A stretch of 64,000 bases of DNA, from UHGV virus genome UHGV-1380027; one strand, written 5' to 3'. This stretch comes from a virus. Both the position numbers and the translations under genes were made by a program. Of the stretch, positions 20,931 to 31,244 are shown piece after piece (within the stretch, counting starts at the first letter, position 1; every line of letters begins with the position of its first letter). Under the pieces are notes generated by a model that ran no database searches, was not told the origin of the DNA, and saw only the letters and a list, made by a program, of their open reading frames with translations.

Positions 20931-21367
20931 TAATACCTCCAGACATCAACAACGATAGAATCTTTCATGTCGAACATAAAGATCCCTTTATCACCTTTCG
21001 CCCAAATCTGGTTGTTCCAGAACACACCAGCGGTGAGCCCGTTCAGACCTTCGAAAATAACAATATCACCACGCTGAACCTGTTTAGGAGTATCCAGTCG
21101 AGTCAAAAAGAGATCAAAAATAGTAGGCAGATGTGTGGTTTTGAAACGAAGCATGCACCATCTCTTGCTTTCCAACTCTGTTTTATACGTTCCTTCAAAG
21201 TTAGAAAGAAAATCTGTTCCGTATTGGGCATCAACACACTTAGCCGCAAAAGTGCAGCAATCGTGGAATCCCCATTCAAACGGGACGGTGACTTCTTCGT
21301 CAAACACTTTCCACAATCTTTCTTGCCAGTCCACTAAACGAGGGTGTGTGCTCATTAAACCTCCCAA
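20930..21367 (-). CDS. tail tip assembly protein with NlpC/P60-like domain (gpK-like)
   Basis: 145 aa; EWGFHDCCTFAAKCVDAQYG resembles the catalytic Cys region of the lambda gpK NlpC/P60 domain; immediately upstream of the J-like gene. Confidence 0.4.
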   Translation of the reverse strand: MGGLMSTHPRLVDWQERLWKVFDEEVTVPFEWGFHDCCTFAAKCVDAQYGTDFLSNFEGTYKTELESKRWCMLRFKTTHLPTIFDLFLTRLDTPKQVQRGDIVIFEGLNGLTAGVFWNNQIWAKGDKGIFMFDMKDSIVVDVWRY

Positions 21368-21921
21368 ATGATCGGGCGGCTTGCCACCTGATCCACATAT
21401 TTAAAAAATCTGTCATTATCGTTTCTTGAGCTATGGCTCTCCTCTGTGTATCGATAAGGAAAACCTCTTAACCAGCTGTTGAAGATGGAAGATATGGATA
21501 TGGACAAAGCACTATTCTCCCCTGTCTGAATAGCCATGTCTGTTATAAGGCCGTCAAACAAGCCATTGGTTGTAACAGGTAAACCATTCTCCATAGCTGT
21601 GATATACAACGTGGCACGACAACCCGAATACTCCGTCTTCAGCAGATCACCTACATACTTGGGATCAAACCCGTTCAATGTTGCTACCACAGACCCAAAG
21701 TTGGTGGCATCTTTCTCAGATACAGCAGTCAATGTTGCTGATCCACCTATCCCTATAAAATGCTGCCCCTCAATCACCACAACACCAGTGCCTGAGCACA
21801 CCCTGACAGTTCCTGTTGGCAGCTCTAGCTTTGCGGCAATTAAGATCTCAACACTATCAAGCTCTAGCTTTTCAAGAAATAAATTATCTAATGGCGCTCT
21901 TATCATCTTAGAAATCCTCAA
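21355..21921 (-). CDS. minor tail protein
   Basis: 188 aa, co-oriented and overlapping neighbours in the tip-complex cluster; assignment by position only. Confidence 0.3.
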   Translation of the reverse strand: MRISKMIRAPLDNLFLEKLELDSVEILIAAKLELPTGTVRVCSGTGVVVIEGQHFIGIGGSATLTAVSEKDATNFGSVVATLNGFDPKYVGDLLKTEYSGCRATLYITAMENGLPVTTNGLFDGLITDMAIQTGENSALSISISSIFNSWLRGFPYRYTEESHSSRNDNDRFFKYVDQVASRPIIWEV

Positions 21922-22501
21922 AAAAGTTGATAACTATATTATCACCTTTCTGCATAGCATCAACCTTTTGCTTAATCTTATAGAGATCCCTGATATGAAA
22001 TCTACCCTTCGGAGATTGAGTTATTATCTTCATAGTATCCCCTGCGGCAATAGGTTTTCTAAGTCTTGGTGATATGTTTATAACAGCTGCCCCCACACCA
22101 TCACTTCGCACTGAGGATGTCACAACTTTCAACTCATCATTGACAGATATTTTATCCCCAGCCCTGACTATATCTCTGTTCGGTTCCCAACCAACCGTCT
22201 TCAAAAAATCGTCATTACCAGTTGGTCCTAGAGCGATTGGTTCATTGGAAGTAACTGAATGACCATAAGCCTTGATAAGAAAAATGTTTCCATCTTTGTA
22301 AACCTGATCAACAAAACTTTTAAGCTCCAATAGCTGGGACTCACTTATATTGGAAACCGTCAAAGTTCCTTTCCAGTTGGGCGTGGCATAGGTTACTTTT
22401 TGCGTCTTACCTGTAAACGGGCTTTTAAACGTAACAATATCTGCCAGCAACTCCAATCTAATATCTGGAAGATATCTAGGTCTTTCCCATAAAAACATCA
22501 T
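21908..22501 (-). CDS. minor tail protein
   Basis: 197 aa, first gene of the tip-complex cluster after a terminator; assignment by position only. Confidence 0.3.
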   Translation of the reverse strand: MMFLWERPRYLPDIRLELLADIVTFKSPFTGKTQKVTYATPNWKGTLTVSNISESQLLELKSFVDQVYKDGNIFLIKAYGHSVTSNEPIALGPTGNDDFLKTVGWEPNRDIVRAGDKISVNDELKVVTSSVRSDGVGAAVINISPRLRKPIAAGDTMKIITQSPKGRFHIRDLYKIKQKVDAMQKGDNIVINFFEDF

Positions 22502-22560
22502 GCCTCCAGGTTAAACAATTATGATAGTTATTTTACCAGATTTTAAGTTAATACGCAATA

Positions 22561-22590
22561 CAAACAAAAAGCCCTCGCCGAAGCGAGGGC
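22561..22590 (-). terminator. rho-independent terminator
   Basis: minus-strand hairpin GCCCTCGCTTCGGCGAGGGC followed by TTTTTGTTTG; located after the 22597-22929 gene. Confidence 0.65.
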
Positions 22591-22596
22591 AATACT

Positions 22597-22929
22597 TTAA
22601 AGTGCTTCCAAGGTAGATACTGATGGGTCGAACATGTTCAACCTTATCGGATCTACAATTTTTCCGCTTTTAGAGATGATATTTTCTGCATCTTCGTCTA
22701 GAGCCAGAACGTTGACATAAAACAATTCACTTTTCTCGCAAACCGGGTAGACAACCATGTTGCCAAACTCATCCTCGGCCTCATAAGTGTCTTCAGTTTC
22801 TGTGTAAATGAACCCGACAACCTCTACAAGAAGGGTGTTTTGCAACACCTCATTCTCGTAAAAGCCGATTTCGTCCATGAAACCGTTAAAATCCTCCCTA
22901 CCAGTAAACCCAAGGGTAAAAGTATTCAT
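22597..22929 (-). CDS. hypothetical acidic protein
   Basis: 110 aa, highly acidic; stop/start overlap with the upstream 1198-aa gene suggests coupling. Confidence 0.3.
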   Translation of the reverse strand: MNTFTLGFTGREDFNGFMDEIGFYENEVLQNTLLVEVVGFIYTETEDTYEAEDEFGNMVVYPVCEKSELFYVNVLALDEDAENIISKSGKIVDPIRLNMFDPSVSTLEAL

Positions 22930-25900
22930 TATTCAACACTCTCCATCATAAGCTGGGTGTCGGTCAATGCAGAGTTCCAAACTCTTACATCTTTAATATG
23001 ACCAAACAAATGTCTTTCACCTGTCGCCGTTTGACCTCCGAGACGGATGAGAGCGCCTCCTGCCAGGAATTCCCAAGAAGATTGCGTTTCCGTACTCACC
23101 AATCCGTTAGCAAAAGAGCAGGTTTTACCGTCATCTTTTATCCTGAACCCAATTTTCAATTTACGTGTTTTAGCCATCTCATAGACACGTCTGTTTGAAC
23201 CGCCAATATCACAATATGGATAACCATCTTCTGCAATATTTGCTGCAGAGCCAAATCCCATGATAAATGCAGCACCTGATTGGTGGCCCTCTGTATCAAT
23301 AACCCTAGGAGCTGCGTTAGGAGCTTTTCCCCAACCTCTCCAGTTGGCATCCACCGTAGCGGCGATGGTGAACGGTCTAGGTGCTAAATTATCAGTCATT
23401 GGGAATTTACAAAGGTCTGCTGCCCTAGTCACTGGTGAAGACCCTGTAGGGATAAACGAGGACTCACAAGATCCTAACTCGAACTGAGGTATTGCGACGT
23501 CAACCCAATCCCCTACGGCATGTTGAGAACCATCCGGTGGGGCAATCTGGAACTGGCACCCAATATTCATGTCAGAGTCCACTGCCTCAAACGTAGCAAC
23601 AACTCTTATCCAAGCAGGTCCGGCTGTTTGCCATCTCTCAGCTTTTACTTTAATTCTCCCAGCTGCACCACCTGTTGTTTTAACTTCAAGTGTTGACAGG
23701 TTAACATAGGCATCACCCTGGAATACTGTGGTAGATCCGTTATACATGTCGAATCTTACACGCAGTCTCTGGTGAGCTTTACCACCTCTTGCAATAATAG
23801 ACCCAGTACAAAATTTCTCAGCGCCTGTTACATCTGCACCACGGGTGGCTGGAACTGTAGCCAGGTTTAACGCTGTTGTTTCTACACCGGATACGTTGCT
23901 TACTGTAAATCTTGCACCTTTTGTTCCGTTAGTGTTTGTTACAGTGTTACCGACCGTAATCTGTGACTGGGCTCCCCATTTGCTCGGGTCTTCACTGTTA
24001 AGCATCAGATTTGTCCTTTGACCTTCAATGAGCAGCCCATCTCTTTCGAAACGTGGTTGGTTTGCTTGTGCAACAGCCATAACACCGCGCTTAGTGAAAT
24101 AGGTTGCGGTAGAAGGTCTGGAGAAGATCATCTCCCCCTCACCTAACACAGGTTTCAGGTTAGAGGTTAAAGGTAGCCACAGGTCTGGCATAACTGGGGC
24201 AGTTGTACTTTCTGGGAAGCTAGTTCTCTTCCAAGGGCTCCAGTTCATTCCACTTCCAGTGTTATTATAATACCTTTCCCACGTCCCACCAAGATACATT
24301 TTATATATCTGGACACACCCAGTACCCTCGTTGGCAGAGTTTCTAAGCACGATCAGCGTACCAGCCATCTGCTGTCCTGGTGGATAGTGTCTTTCCGCTG
24401 TGGCGTTGGCATTTGCCTCTTGATGGTAAATACCTTCGCGATCAGCTTTGTAATCGTTAAGGTCACTAGTACCCAACCCTTGACCACGGTGCTGAATAAC
24501 TTTGTTCCACGCTCTGTGGTTACCCTGCTCTATGGAACGGGTGTACAGCTGATCTAAACGGCCTGCCATCTGGAAAGCATAGTTTCCAGAAAATGCCACA
24601 GACAACCCGCCAACAACCATTGAACCTTCAGGTCCGTTGACATTGCCAGCCAGTATTTTGGACGGATTATTATTCCCGAACTGATTGTTCCAATCTGCAC
24701 CAGTATGACATACAAAACCACCCGGTGCTGAGAAAGTACCATCTTTGTTGAAATTGTAGAATCTGTGAGCAGAACCTACAACATCACGAACAATAACTTG
24801 ACCAGCTTCTGGAGTAGATCTGAACTCTGCCTGGCCTTTGAGGCCAGCACCATTGCCGCATTTAGAGGTAAATGTACCGTTAGTCAGATCCTCTGTCCCA
24901 TCTGATGCACACTGGAATCCTGCATTAGAGAATAACGCCTTTCTAGGACTGCTGTAGCACAAATAGTCAATACCGTCTGCCCATAGCTCGACTTTCGGCA
25001 TGTTCATTTTGCTCATCACTGCATAGCGTTCAGCAGTGCCTATATAGTGCCACTGTGTGCCGCCGCCAGTGTAGAACCCAGAGGTGCCTTTGAAGTCAAC
25101 AATAGGTCTGGTGTTAGTAATGTTATCTCCAAGAACAGCAAGATTCAAGTCAGCTGACTGGAGAGGTGAAACGAACTTAACACCGTCCTGATTGTTTGTT
25201 ACAGAGCCGACCTGATAATCTTGCTCTCTGGTAAACACTTCGACAACATTTCTACTCGCGTATATGCTGACAGGGAAAGCACGAGCCTCCACATAGAAAG
25301 CAACATACTCTTGTTTACCCCTTGTTGGAGCAACCATCCCAAGAATTGCTTTTTCATTCTGGTAGAAATTTACTACCCCGTAGAAAGAGTCTCCTCTGTC
25401 TGTCCATCCTCCAGTTCTATAGTGACACTGTAAGGTAGCGCAGTTCATAGGGTCATTTCCAGATGACGATCTGGTAACTATGGTAATATCAGTGCCAGTT
25501 GCTGGAGCATAGTACGGATCTGTTCTAACGATGATAGGGTAGTATTTCCCATCTTCCATTCCTGCGGTTCTTGGCAGTGTTAAGAAGTCTTTTACACCTG
25601 CTGCTATAGGAACTTTGAACAGATTCTGAGCATCTGCTAAAGTTGTAGCCCCTGTGCCGCCTTGCTCTATAGCAAGAGGTTGCCACGAAGCTGTTTGTTG
25701 GTTCCACATACCCCAACGGCCTGTTGCATCAAGCTGCAAGTACCCTGCTGTGTTTAAATCATCTCCGGCACGGATAACTGTTCTTGTTGGGTTGTTTGCC
25801 TCCAGGTGTTTAAATTCGTCACGAAGTGCTATTCTTTTTGTTGTTGCTACACCGTTGGTTACTGCAATGGTATACATGGCTCCGGAGGTAGCGCCACGGA

Positions 25901-26525
25901 AAATGCCATCAACAGTTGTAGTATCACGACGAGATACCACACCGTTCAGAAATTTTTCACCCGCCGCTTCAGAAGGGTAGTTAGTAGTTCTTCCCTCTTC
26001 AATAACTGCAGGACCAACAAAGTTGACAAGGTGAATAACATCGCCTACAGTATGCACTGTGCCAAAATCTACCCGCTGTGCAAGTGCTTTAGCATCGTTG
26101 GCTGTCTGAACAGTAACATCCATTACATCCTGGACAGACTGCCCTTCGGCTGTCATGATCATAGATGCGCCAATGGTAGACTCCAGCTCCTCCCTTAAGG
26201 ACGGATCTGTATATACCATCCACGCAGCGTCAGTAATCCCACCGTCAGAATATGGTGAAGACAGTGCAGGGACAGTGTGTGGAAATTCGCCTTTCCAACG
26301 CAGGTATAGATCTTCCTCTTCGAAGTAGGCAAAATCCATTGGGCCGTTTAACTTACCACCTTCCTTAAAGGAGATTACATGAGAAACAGTCCCATCCACA
26401 TGGACAACATCGCCAATTTTTACACGACGGGTCAGGTCTGGTTGTTGAACAACCAGGTAATCATCCTCTGTCACTGCGGTAGTGGCAGGAAGAGATTCAA
26501 TTCTGACAACTTTAATATCAGCCAT
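22929..26525 (-). CDS. tailspike/tail fiber protein with C-terminal lectin-like (LamG-type) domain
   Basis: 1198 aa; N-terminal about 80 aa share a motif with the 222-aa product of 29160-29828; C-terminus (GERHLFGHIKDVRVWNSALTDTQL) resembles concanavalin/LamG-type domain ends. Confidence 0.45.
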   Translation of the reverse strand: MADIKVVRIESLPATTAVTEDDYLVVQQPDLTRRVKIGDVVHVDGTVSHVISFKEGGKLNGPMDFAYFEEEDLYLRWKGEFPHTVPALSSPYSDGGITDAAWMVYTDPSLREELESTIGASMIMTAEGQSVQDVMDVTVQTANDAKALAQRVDFGTVHTVGDVIHLVNFVGPAVIEEGRTTNYPSEAAGEKFLNGVVSRRDTTTVDGIFRGATSGAMYTIAVTNGVATTKRIALRDEFKHLEANNPTRTVIRAGDDLNTAGYLQLDATGRWGMWNQQTASWQPLAIEQGGTGATTLADAQNLFKVPIAAGVKDFLTLPRTAGMEDGKYYPIIVRTDPYYAPATGTDITIVTRSSSGNDPMNCATLQCHYRTGGWTDRGDSFYGVVNFYQNEKAILGMVAPTRGKQEYVAFYVEARAFPVSIYASRNVVEVFTREQDYQVGSVTNNQDGVKFVSPLQSADLNLAVLGDNITNTRPIVDFKGTSGFYTGGGTQWHYIGTAERYAVMSKMNMPKVELWADGIDYLCYSSPRKALFSNAGFQCASDGTEDLTNGTFTSKCGNGAGLKGQAEFRSTPEAGQVIVRDVVGSAHRFYNFNKDGTFSAPGGFVCHTGADWNNQFGNNNPSKILAGNVNGPEGSMVVGGLSVAFSGNYAFQMAGRLDQLYTRSIEQGNHRAWNKVIQHRGQGLGTSDLNDYKADREGIYHQEANANATAERHYPPGQQMAGTLIVLRNSANEGTGCVQIYKMYLGGTWERYYNNTGSGMNWSPWKRTSFPESTTAPVMPDLWLPLTSNLKPVLGEGEMIFSRPSTATYFTKRGVMAVAQANQPRFERDGLLIEGQRTNLMLNSEDPSKWGAQSQITVGNTVTNTNGTKGARFTVSNVSGVETTALNLATVPATRGADVTGAEKFCTGSIIARGGKAHQRLRVRFDMYNGSTTVFQGDAYVNLSTLEVKTTGGAAGRIKVKAERWQTAGPAWIRVVATFEAVDSDMNIGCQFQIAPPDGSQHAVGDWVDVAIPQFELGSCESSFIPTGSSPVTRAADLCKFPMTDNLAPRPFTIAATVDANWRGWGKAPNAAPRVIDTEGHQSGAAFIMGFGSAANIAEDGYPYCDIGGSNRRVYEMAKTRKLKIGFRIKDDGKTCSFANGLVSTETQSSWEFLAGGALIRLGGQTATGERHLFGHIKDVRVWNSALTDTQLMMESVE

Positions 26526-26560
26526 TCTTTCTCCTGAAAGGGGGCAAACAGCCCCCTATG

Positions 26561-29158
26561 TTAAAGGTACAATCCACGGTATTGAGCATAAAGTCCCAGA
26601 CCGCGAAGGATTTCGCCAGAGTGATAGCCTACCGGATCAGAAACTGCCCAGCAGCCGTTTAAAACATTATCCCCGTTAATGAAGTGGTGCTTTTGCAGTA
26701 ACTTCACACAGGCTTCTACAACAATATCTATTTGAGGTATTGTCTCTGAATACCCGCAAAGACCTAGCCAGCAGCAACCTGCAAGCCATTCACCTACCAC
26801 CCACATCCTGTCTCCTCTGTCCTGATAAGAGTATCCTCCAGAGGTGTTAAAGTCTGTAGGTAGATTTCCTGAATGAGATGACCGGAATCTGTTGAGGAAC
26901 CATGCCCATTTCTGGCAGAACAGGAACAGTCTTTCATCAACAGGTTCTTTATGTTTCTTGAGCTCATATATTGTGCGGCACGCAGCAACAAAAGATCTTG
27001 ACTGGAGCTTAGAGTTATCTACCATCTCCCACCAACCAGTCAACCCTTCATTACCTCTCTGCCATACATAACGTGAGGCAACTGGACCCTCTGTCTTAAA
27101 TGTATTGTTATACCAGACTTGAGAGTCATACAGAAAGCCTATTGTATTTGACAATCTATGGCGGTCTATGTTTTCTGCCCCCATGCAGTAGACTGCTGGG
27201 TATTGCATACCAGGATAGGGCCAACTTGGCCTTTCCTCTAAGAGATAATTTTCCTTATCTATCACCTTTCCAGCAGGGAACACACCCGGCGTGTGCCTGT
27301 ATGCACCTTGCTTGTAGTTTCTGACATAACAATCGCCAACCTTAGCGGTTGATTCTGTCTTGCTTGCCATCCATACACTAAACCAAATTAGGTAAGCATC
27401 TCTATCTGCAACATAAAATTGCGGTAGCGTGTTGACGCAATACAGATCAAACAAGCCATTACCTATCTGCCTGTCGCTCAGACTGAAATCTACAGAGGTG
27501 ATCCCTTTGGTGTTAGCAAAGAAAGGTTTAATCTCCTCTTCGGTGTGATGAGGTTGTGTAGGGTCTAGTTTAAAATCTCCCAGAGTAAGAGTTTCTGTTA
27601 TCCATTGTCCATTAGTGGCATATAGATCAGCATACCATAACCAACGGTCTTTGTCAAGAAATTTGACCCTTACCATCTCATCATCTGATCGATAAGTTAC
27701 TGAGTTTAAAGAAATCTCTCTTCCAAAATTGAAAGTTACCTTGCCTCTTACTATGTTGCAACGGGTGAAGTTGTCAGAGTGGTTGTAAATGTCGGTATCA
27801 TACTGCATACTAACACTAGCGCCACCGCTTACGGCAATGTTTTCCTCTTTTGGCAAGAGATACGGGTTACCGTCTTTACCAACCACCTCTACAAAATCAG
27901 TAACCTTGGCAACTGTTTCTGTTACCTCTGCCCCTCCAAAAGGTACACCTATTCTGTACTGTTTTTTGTTATTGTTGCCATCATTAAGGATGAAATGTGG
28001 CTGGAACAGAACCCCTTCTCCTCCGAAATTCATAACAATTTCAGCATCTCTGCCTATTTTGTATGTAGTCCCTTTTTGGATTATTTCGCAAGGCTGGCGT
28101 GCGTTCATTCTAAAATTGATATATCCGTCACTATCCCTACTCATGACAGGTACTGTTCCTGCAACTAGACAAGTACCATCTGTGAACGGGGCCTTAATCA
28201 ACGTGGTCTTTCTGAACAGCTTGTCGTAGGCATTTATATCACTAAAATTAAGCAACTTATTGTAAGACTGCTTAAACGCGGTGTAATACTTTTCCTCACC
28301 TGTCAGGGTGTAGAGTTGATAACAAGCGTCACACCACATCTCTTCCCCATCTAACTCTGGGGCTTGATTGTCTGCAACCACGTTTATAGGATTTACAATT
28401 ACAGGGGATCCAGCAGGTATCACCGATCCGCCCTGCTCTTGAGGCAATCTCACACAATAGGTAACCTTGTGGTTGCCTGTAACACCCTTATCTTGCAGTT
28501 GGATTGTGCCGAACTCTGCAGACGTATGACCACTGTCGGCTATGCTACCGTTGGCCCAATAGCGGTTACCATCCCATGCTATATACCACTCAACCAACCA
28601 ACTTAATCCGGAAGTTGTCCAATTAGGATTAGCATCTGTGCCGCCGTAAACATCAGAGTCTACAGTGTTTCTTCCTAAAACACCGTTATACGCCTGAAAA
28701 GCCTTGTCCAAGTATTCTCCCCATGTCGGGGATCCTGCTGGGATTTTTCCTCTACCTTTGTTAAAAGACACAACCACATCTTTAAACCCACCATGTGATG
28801 GAACTCCATCTGTGGATAACGGGTAGTGGGACAATCTTTGCATTTTACTTTCTACTGCATATACTCCCAGAAGATGACTGTTGTAGGCTTCCCAAGCCTC
28901 TTTGGCCCTGTCCAGATAAAAATCGCTTTTTGATGCCCTGTATGCCTCAATGTATCCCAGAATCAACACAGCTTGGGACTCATGCATTGCCCAATCATTG
29001 TTTATCTTACTCCCTGACCAACCTGACGCTATAAGTCCATCCTGGTTTACCAGTTTGTTCTGTGTAGGGAGATTGGTAATACCTGTGTTGTTATCGAGGC
29101 ACTTCCTGTGCCCCTCGATCATCTGAAATACGTTATCAATGTTGTGTTGAATACGCAT
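26561..29158 (-). CDS. tailspike-like protein, putative glycoside hydrolase
   Basis: 865 aa, Trp/Tyr/Asp/Asn-rich composition typical of carbohydrate-active enzymes; located among tail genes. Confidence 0.4.
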   Translation of the reverse strand: MRIQHNIDNVFQMIEGHRKCLDNNTGITNLPTQNKLVNQDGLIASGWSGSKINNDWAMHESQAVLILGYIEAYRASKSDFYLDRAKEAWEAYNSHLLGVYAVESKMQRLSHYPLSTDGVPSHGGFKDVVVSFNKGRGKIPAGSPTWGEYLDKAFQAYNGVLGRNTVDSDVYGGTDANPNWTTSGLSWLVEWYIAWDGNRYWANGSIADSGHTSAEFGTIQLQDKGVTGNHKVTYCVRLPQEQGGSVIPAGSPVIVNPINVVADNQAPELDGEEMWCDACYQLYTLTGEEKYYTAFKQSYNKLLNFSDINAYDKLFRKTTLIKAPFTDGTCLVAGTVPVMSRDSDGYINFRMNARQPCEIIQKGTTYKIGRDAEIVMNFGGEGVLFQPHFILNDGNNNKKQYRIGVPFGGAEVTETVAKVTDFVEVVGKDGNPYLLPKEENIAVSGGASVSMQYDTDIYNHSDNFTRCNIVRGKVTFNFGREISLNSVTYRSDDEMVRVKFLDKDRWLWYADLYATNGQWITETLTLGDFKLDPTQPHHTEEEIKPFFANTKGITSVDFSLSDRQIGNGLFDLYCVNTLPQFYVADRDAYLIWFSVWMASKTESTAKVGDCYVRNYKQGAYRHTPGVFPAGKVIDKENYLLEERPSWPYPGMQYPAVYCMGAENIDRHRLSNTIGFLYDSQVWYNNTFKTEGPVASRYVWQRGNEGLTGWWEMVDNSKLQSRSFVAACRTIYELKKHKEPVDERLFLFCQKWAWFLNRFRSSHSGNLPTDFNTSGGYSYQDRGDRMWVVGEWLAGCCWLGLCGYSETIPQIDIVVEACVKLLQKHHFINGDNVLNGCWAVSDPVGYHSGEILRGLGLYAQYRGLYL

Positions 29159-29159
29159 C

Positions 29160-29828
29160 TTAGATAGCTCCTGCGATGATCAATGCCCCGTACCAAGTTA
29201 GTCCATTATCATATGTTTCCAACTTGAAAATGTCTGTTGCACCAGCTGTAAATGTTAGGATAGGATCTCTTCCGTAGGCCCATTTAACATTGTCAGGCCA
29301 ATAAACTTTGTTACCACCAGAGGTCTGCGTTATGCATACAGTTATAGTTCTTGCCACTCCGTCGAGCCCTTCTGTTTGATTTTCAAAAGAGATTGTGGTA
29401 TTTGAAGTGAGCCGAACTTTAAACGTGTCTGCAACGTCAAGATCCATGTCAAGTTGACCACCAATAGAGCCGTAATCAACTATCCTACCTGAAGAAGTTG
29501 CAGCAAGCTCTCCAAAAACAGACCATGCTTTTGCAGACACACCTCCGGCACCCTCTACAGTGGAATCTGGGAGGATTATTTTAGGATAATCTCCATTCCA
29601 TGTGTAGTAGCGCTTAGTTTCCGGATCATAAGCAAAATCCTTCTTGCTCTTAAGATAACCGCCTTCTGTGAAATAAACTATTTTAGTAATGCTAAGATCA
29701 TTGACAACATCATCAATCTTAGCCTTTCTTGTCCCGTCAGTCTGGTTGACAACCAAGAAGTCATCACTCAAGACTGTTTCTGCATCTTCAAGATCTGGGA
29801 TTGGTATTGTAGGATAAGCTACAGCCAT
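29160..29828 (-). CDS. tail protein sharing an N-terminal anchor module with the 1198-aa tailspike
   Basis: 222 aa; N-terminus (DDFLVVNQTDGTRKAKIDDVV...FTEGGYL...DFAY) parallels the N-terminus of the 22929-26525 product. Confidence 0.4.
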   Translation of the reverse strand: MAVAYPTIPIPDLEDAETVLSDDFLVVNQTDGTRKAKIDDVVNDLSITKIVYFTEGGYLKSKKDFAYDPETKRYYTWNGDYPKIILPDSTVEGAGGVSAKAWSVFGELAATSSGRIVDYGSIGGQLDMDLDVADTFKVRLTSNTTISFENQTEGLDGVARTITVCITQTSGGNKVYWPDNVKWAYGRDPILTFTAGATDIFKLETYDNGLTWYGALIIAGAI

Positions 29829-29837
29829 GATTTCTCC

Positions 29838-30554
29838 TTAGTTAACATCAATAGCACGACCAGACTGGTTGGCAATAGCCTCATCATTAGAGGTAGCAAT
29901 AACACCAGAATATTCGCGATCATCTGGAGCAAGCGTCCAGGTATTGCGGTTAATGGTTTGTTCTGCATCAGTCATCAGCAGATCTTTATCCTGAGTCAAC
30001 AGAGAACCTACAGGGATCGGGTTTTCCATCTCAGGACCAGCATACTGGTTCCACCACGTAGCATCTCCAGTTCTAGGCAATCTGAAATTGATCAGGTAGT
30101 ACAGTTTATTAGCCCACTTAATCCAACCTTCATCATCACAAAGAGAGGTTGCCCCGTCATCAGGCTGTGGGTAGGTAAACTGATCAAGACCTACGAAAGC
30201 CAGCCTTACAATCTCGTTCTCCTTGGTAACAACCTCAAAGAACGCTTGGTATGTTCTCGATCTTCGATCCATAGTAGACTGGAAGTTTATGATGTTTAGC
30301 ACATCTGGCTCTTGTCTTGCCACTTCCATAATCTTGTTATCAAGAACAGTCTTCATGACCTTCTTACTGAGAAAGTCCATATAAGGGAAGCCAAACAACT
30401 CATCAAAGTACCAGCTCCCCTTCCATGTATTAAACCTCATCCACAGGCGCTGGCGCAGACTTACTTGGTTTGAATCTATCAACTCAAGACCTTTGTCTAT
30501 CGCCAAATCACCTGTCTGTGGGTCCATCAATATATCACTATAAAGCGTAGCCAT
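29838..30554 (-). CDS. baseplate protein
   Basis: 238 aa, directly downstream of the spike-like gene; assignment by position. Confidence 0.3.
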   Translation of the reverse strand: MATLYSDILMDPQTGDLAIDKGLELIDSNQVSLRQRLWMRFNTWKGSWYFDELFGFPYMDFLSKKVMKTVLDNKIMEVARQEPDVLNIINFQSTMDRRSRTYQAFFEVVTKENEIVRLAFVGLDQFTYPQPDDGATSLCDDEGWIKWANKLYYLINFRLPRTGDATWWNQYAGPEMENPIPVGSLLTQDKDLLMTDAEQTINRNTWTLAPDDREYSGVIATSNDEAIANQSGRAIDVN

Positions 30555-30566
30555 TCAAGCCCTCTA

Positions 30567-31244
30567 TTAGTGCGGTCCACTTGTCTCGCCATCAGGGCAA
30601 GAGTGGGTATGACCTTTATATTCTGCATAGAATGAGTCCAAATCCACACCAGCAGCCGTTATAATTCTACCTGATGGGTCTATTGTGGCACCATTCATTC
30701 TGATATTTCCATCCACAGCAGCTCGTAAATTGGCAGCCCCGTTGGTGAAAGAAAACTCCCCGCTACTGTCGCACCGTAATGTCCCACCAGGTGTTTGAAG
30801 CTCAAAATCACCAGAAGGTGTCAGCTTAAAATAAACCCTATCATTCCATAACTCCACATTATCAGGATCGATCTGTAAAGCGTTAGAGTCTGAATGAACA
30901 GAGGTTATTGCCCACCCTGGAAACAGGCCGTGAGTTTGTTGATCATCATTATTGTTTTCATTTCTCTCTGAAAACTGCAATCCTACAACATCACCAGCCT
31001 TAATAGGAAGTGTTAACCTTGCCTTCCCGCTGTTTGCAGACATCACCTGGATTGGCACATCATAGATAAGAGGGTATCTCTCAACATCCCCGTCATCAAA
31101 CGTGGTTTCAGCTATTGGCTGCACTGCTGCGGAGGGGATACTGTAATCTACACTGACAACTCTGGCCCTGATACTGGTGTGGTAGTCCCTCATTATTTTT
31201 TCTATAAAGGATCTTACAGCAGCATCTTTCCTATTAATTGCCAT
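30567..31244 (-). CDS. baseplate central spike-like protein (gpV-like)
   Basis: 225 aa; size and His-rich C-terminus (GHTHSCPDGETSGPH) are reminiscent of P2 gpV-type spikes. Confidence 0.35.
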   Translation of the reverse strand: MAINRKDAAVRSFIEKIMRDYHTSIRARVVSVDYSIPSAAVQPIAETTFDDGDVERYPLIYDVPIQVMSANSGKARLTLPIKAGDVVGLQFSERNENNNDDQQTHGLFPGWAITSVHSDSNALQIDPDNVELWNDRVYFKLTPSGDFELQTPGGTLRCDSSGEFSFTNGAANLRAAVDGNIRMNGATIDPSGRIITAAGVDLDSFYAEYKGHTHSCPDGETSGPH

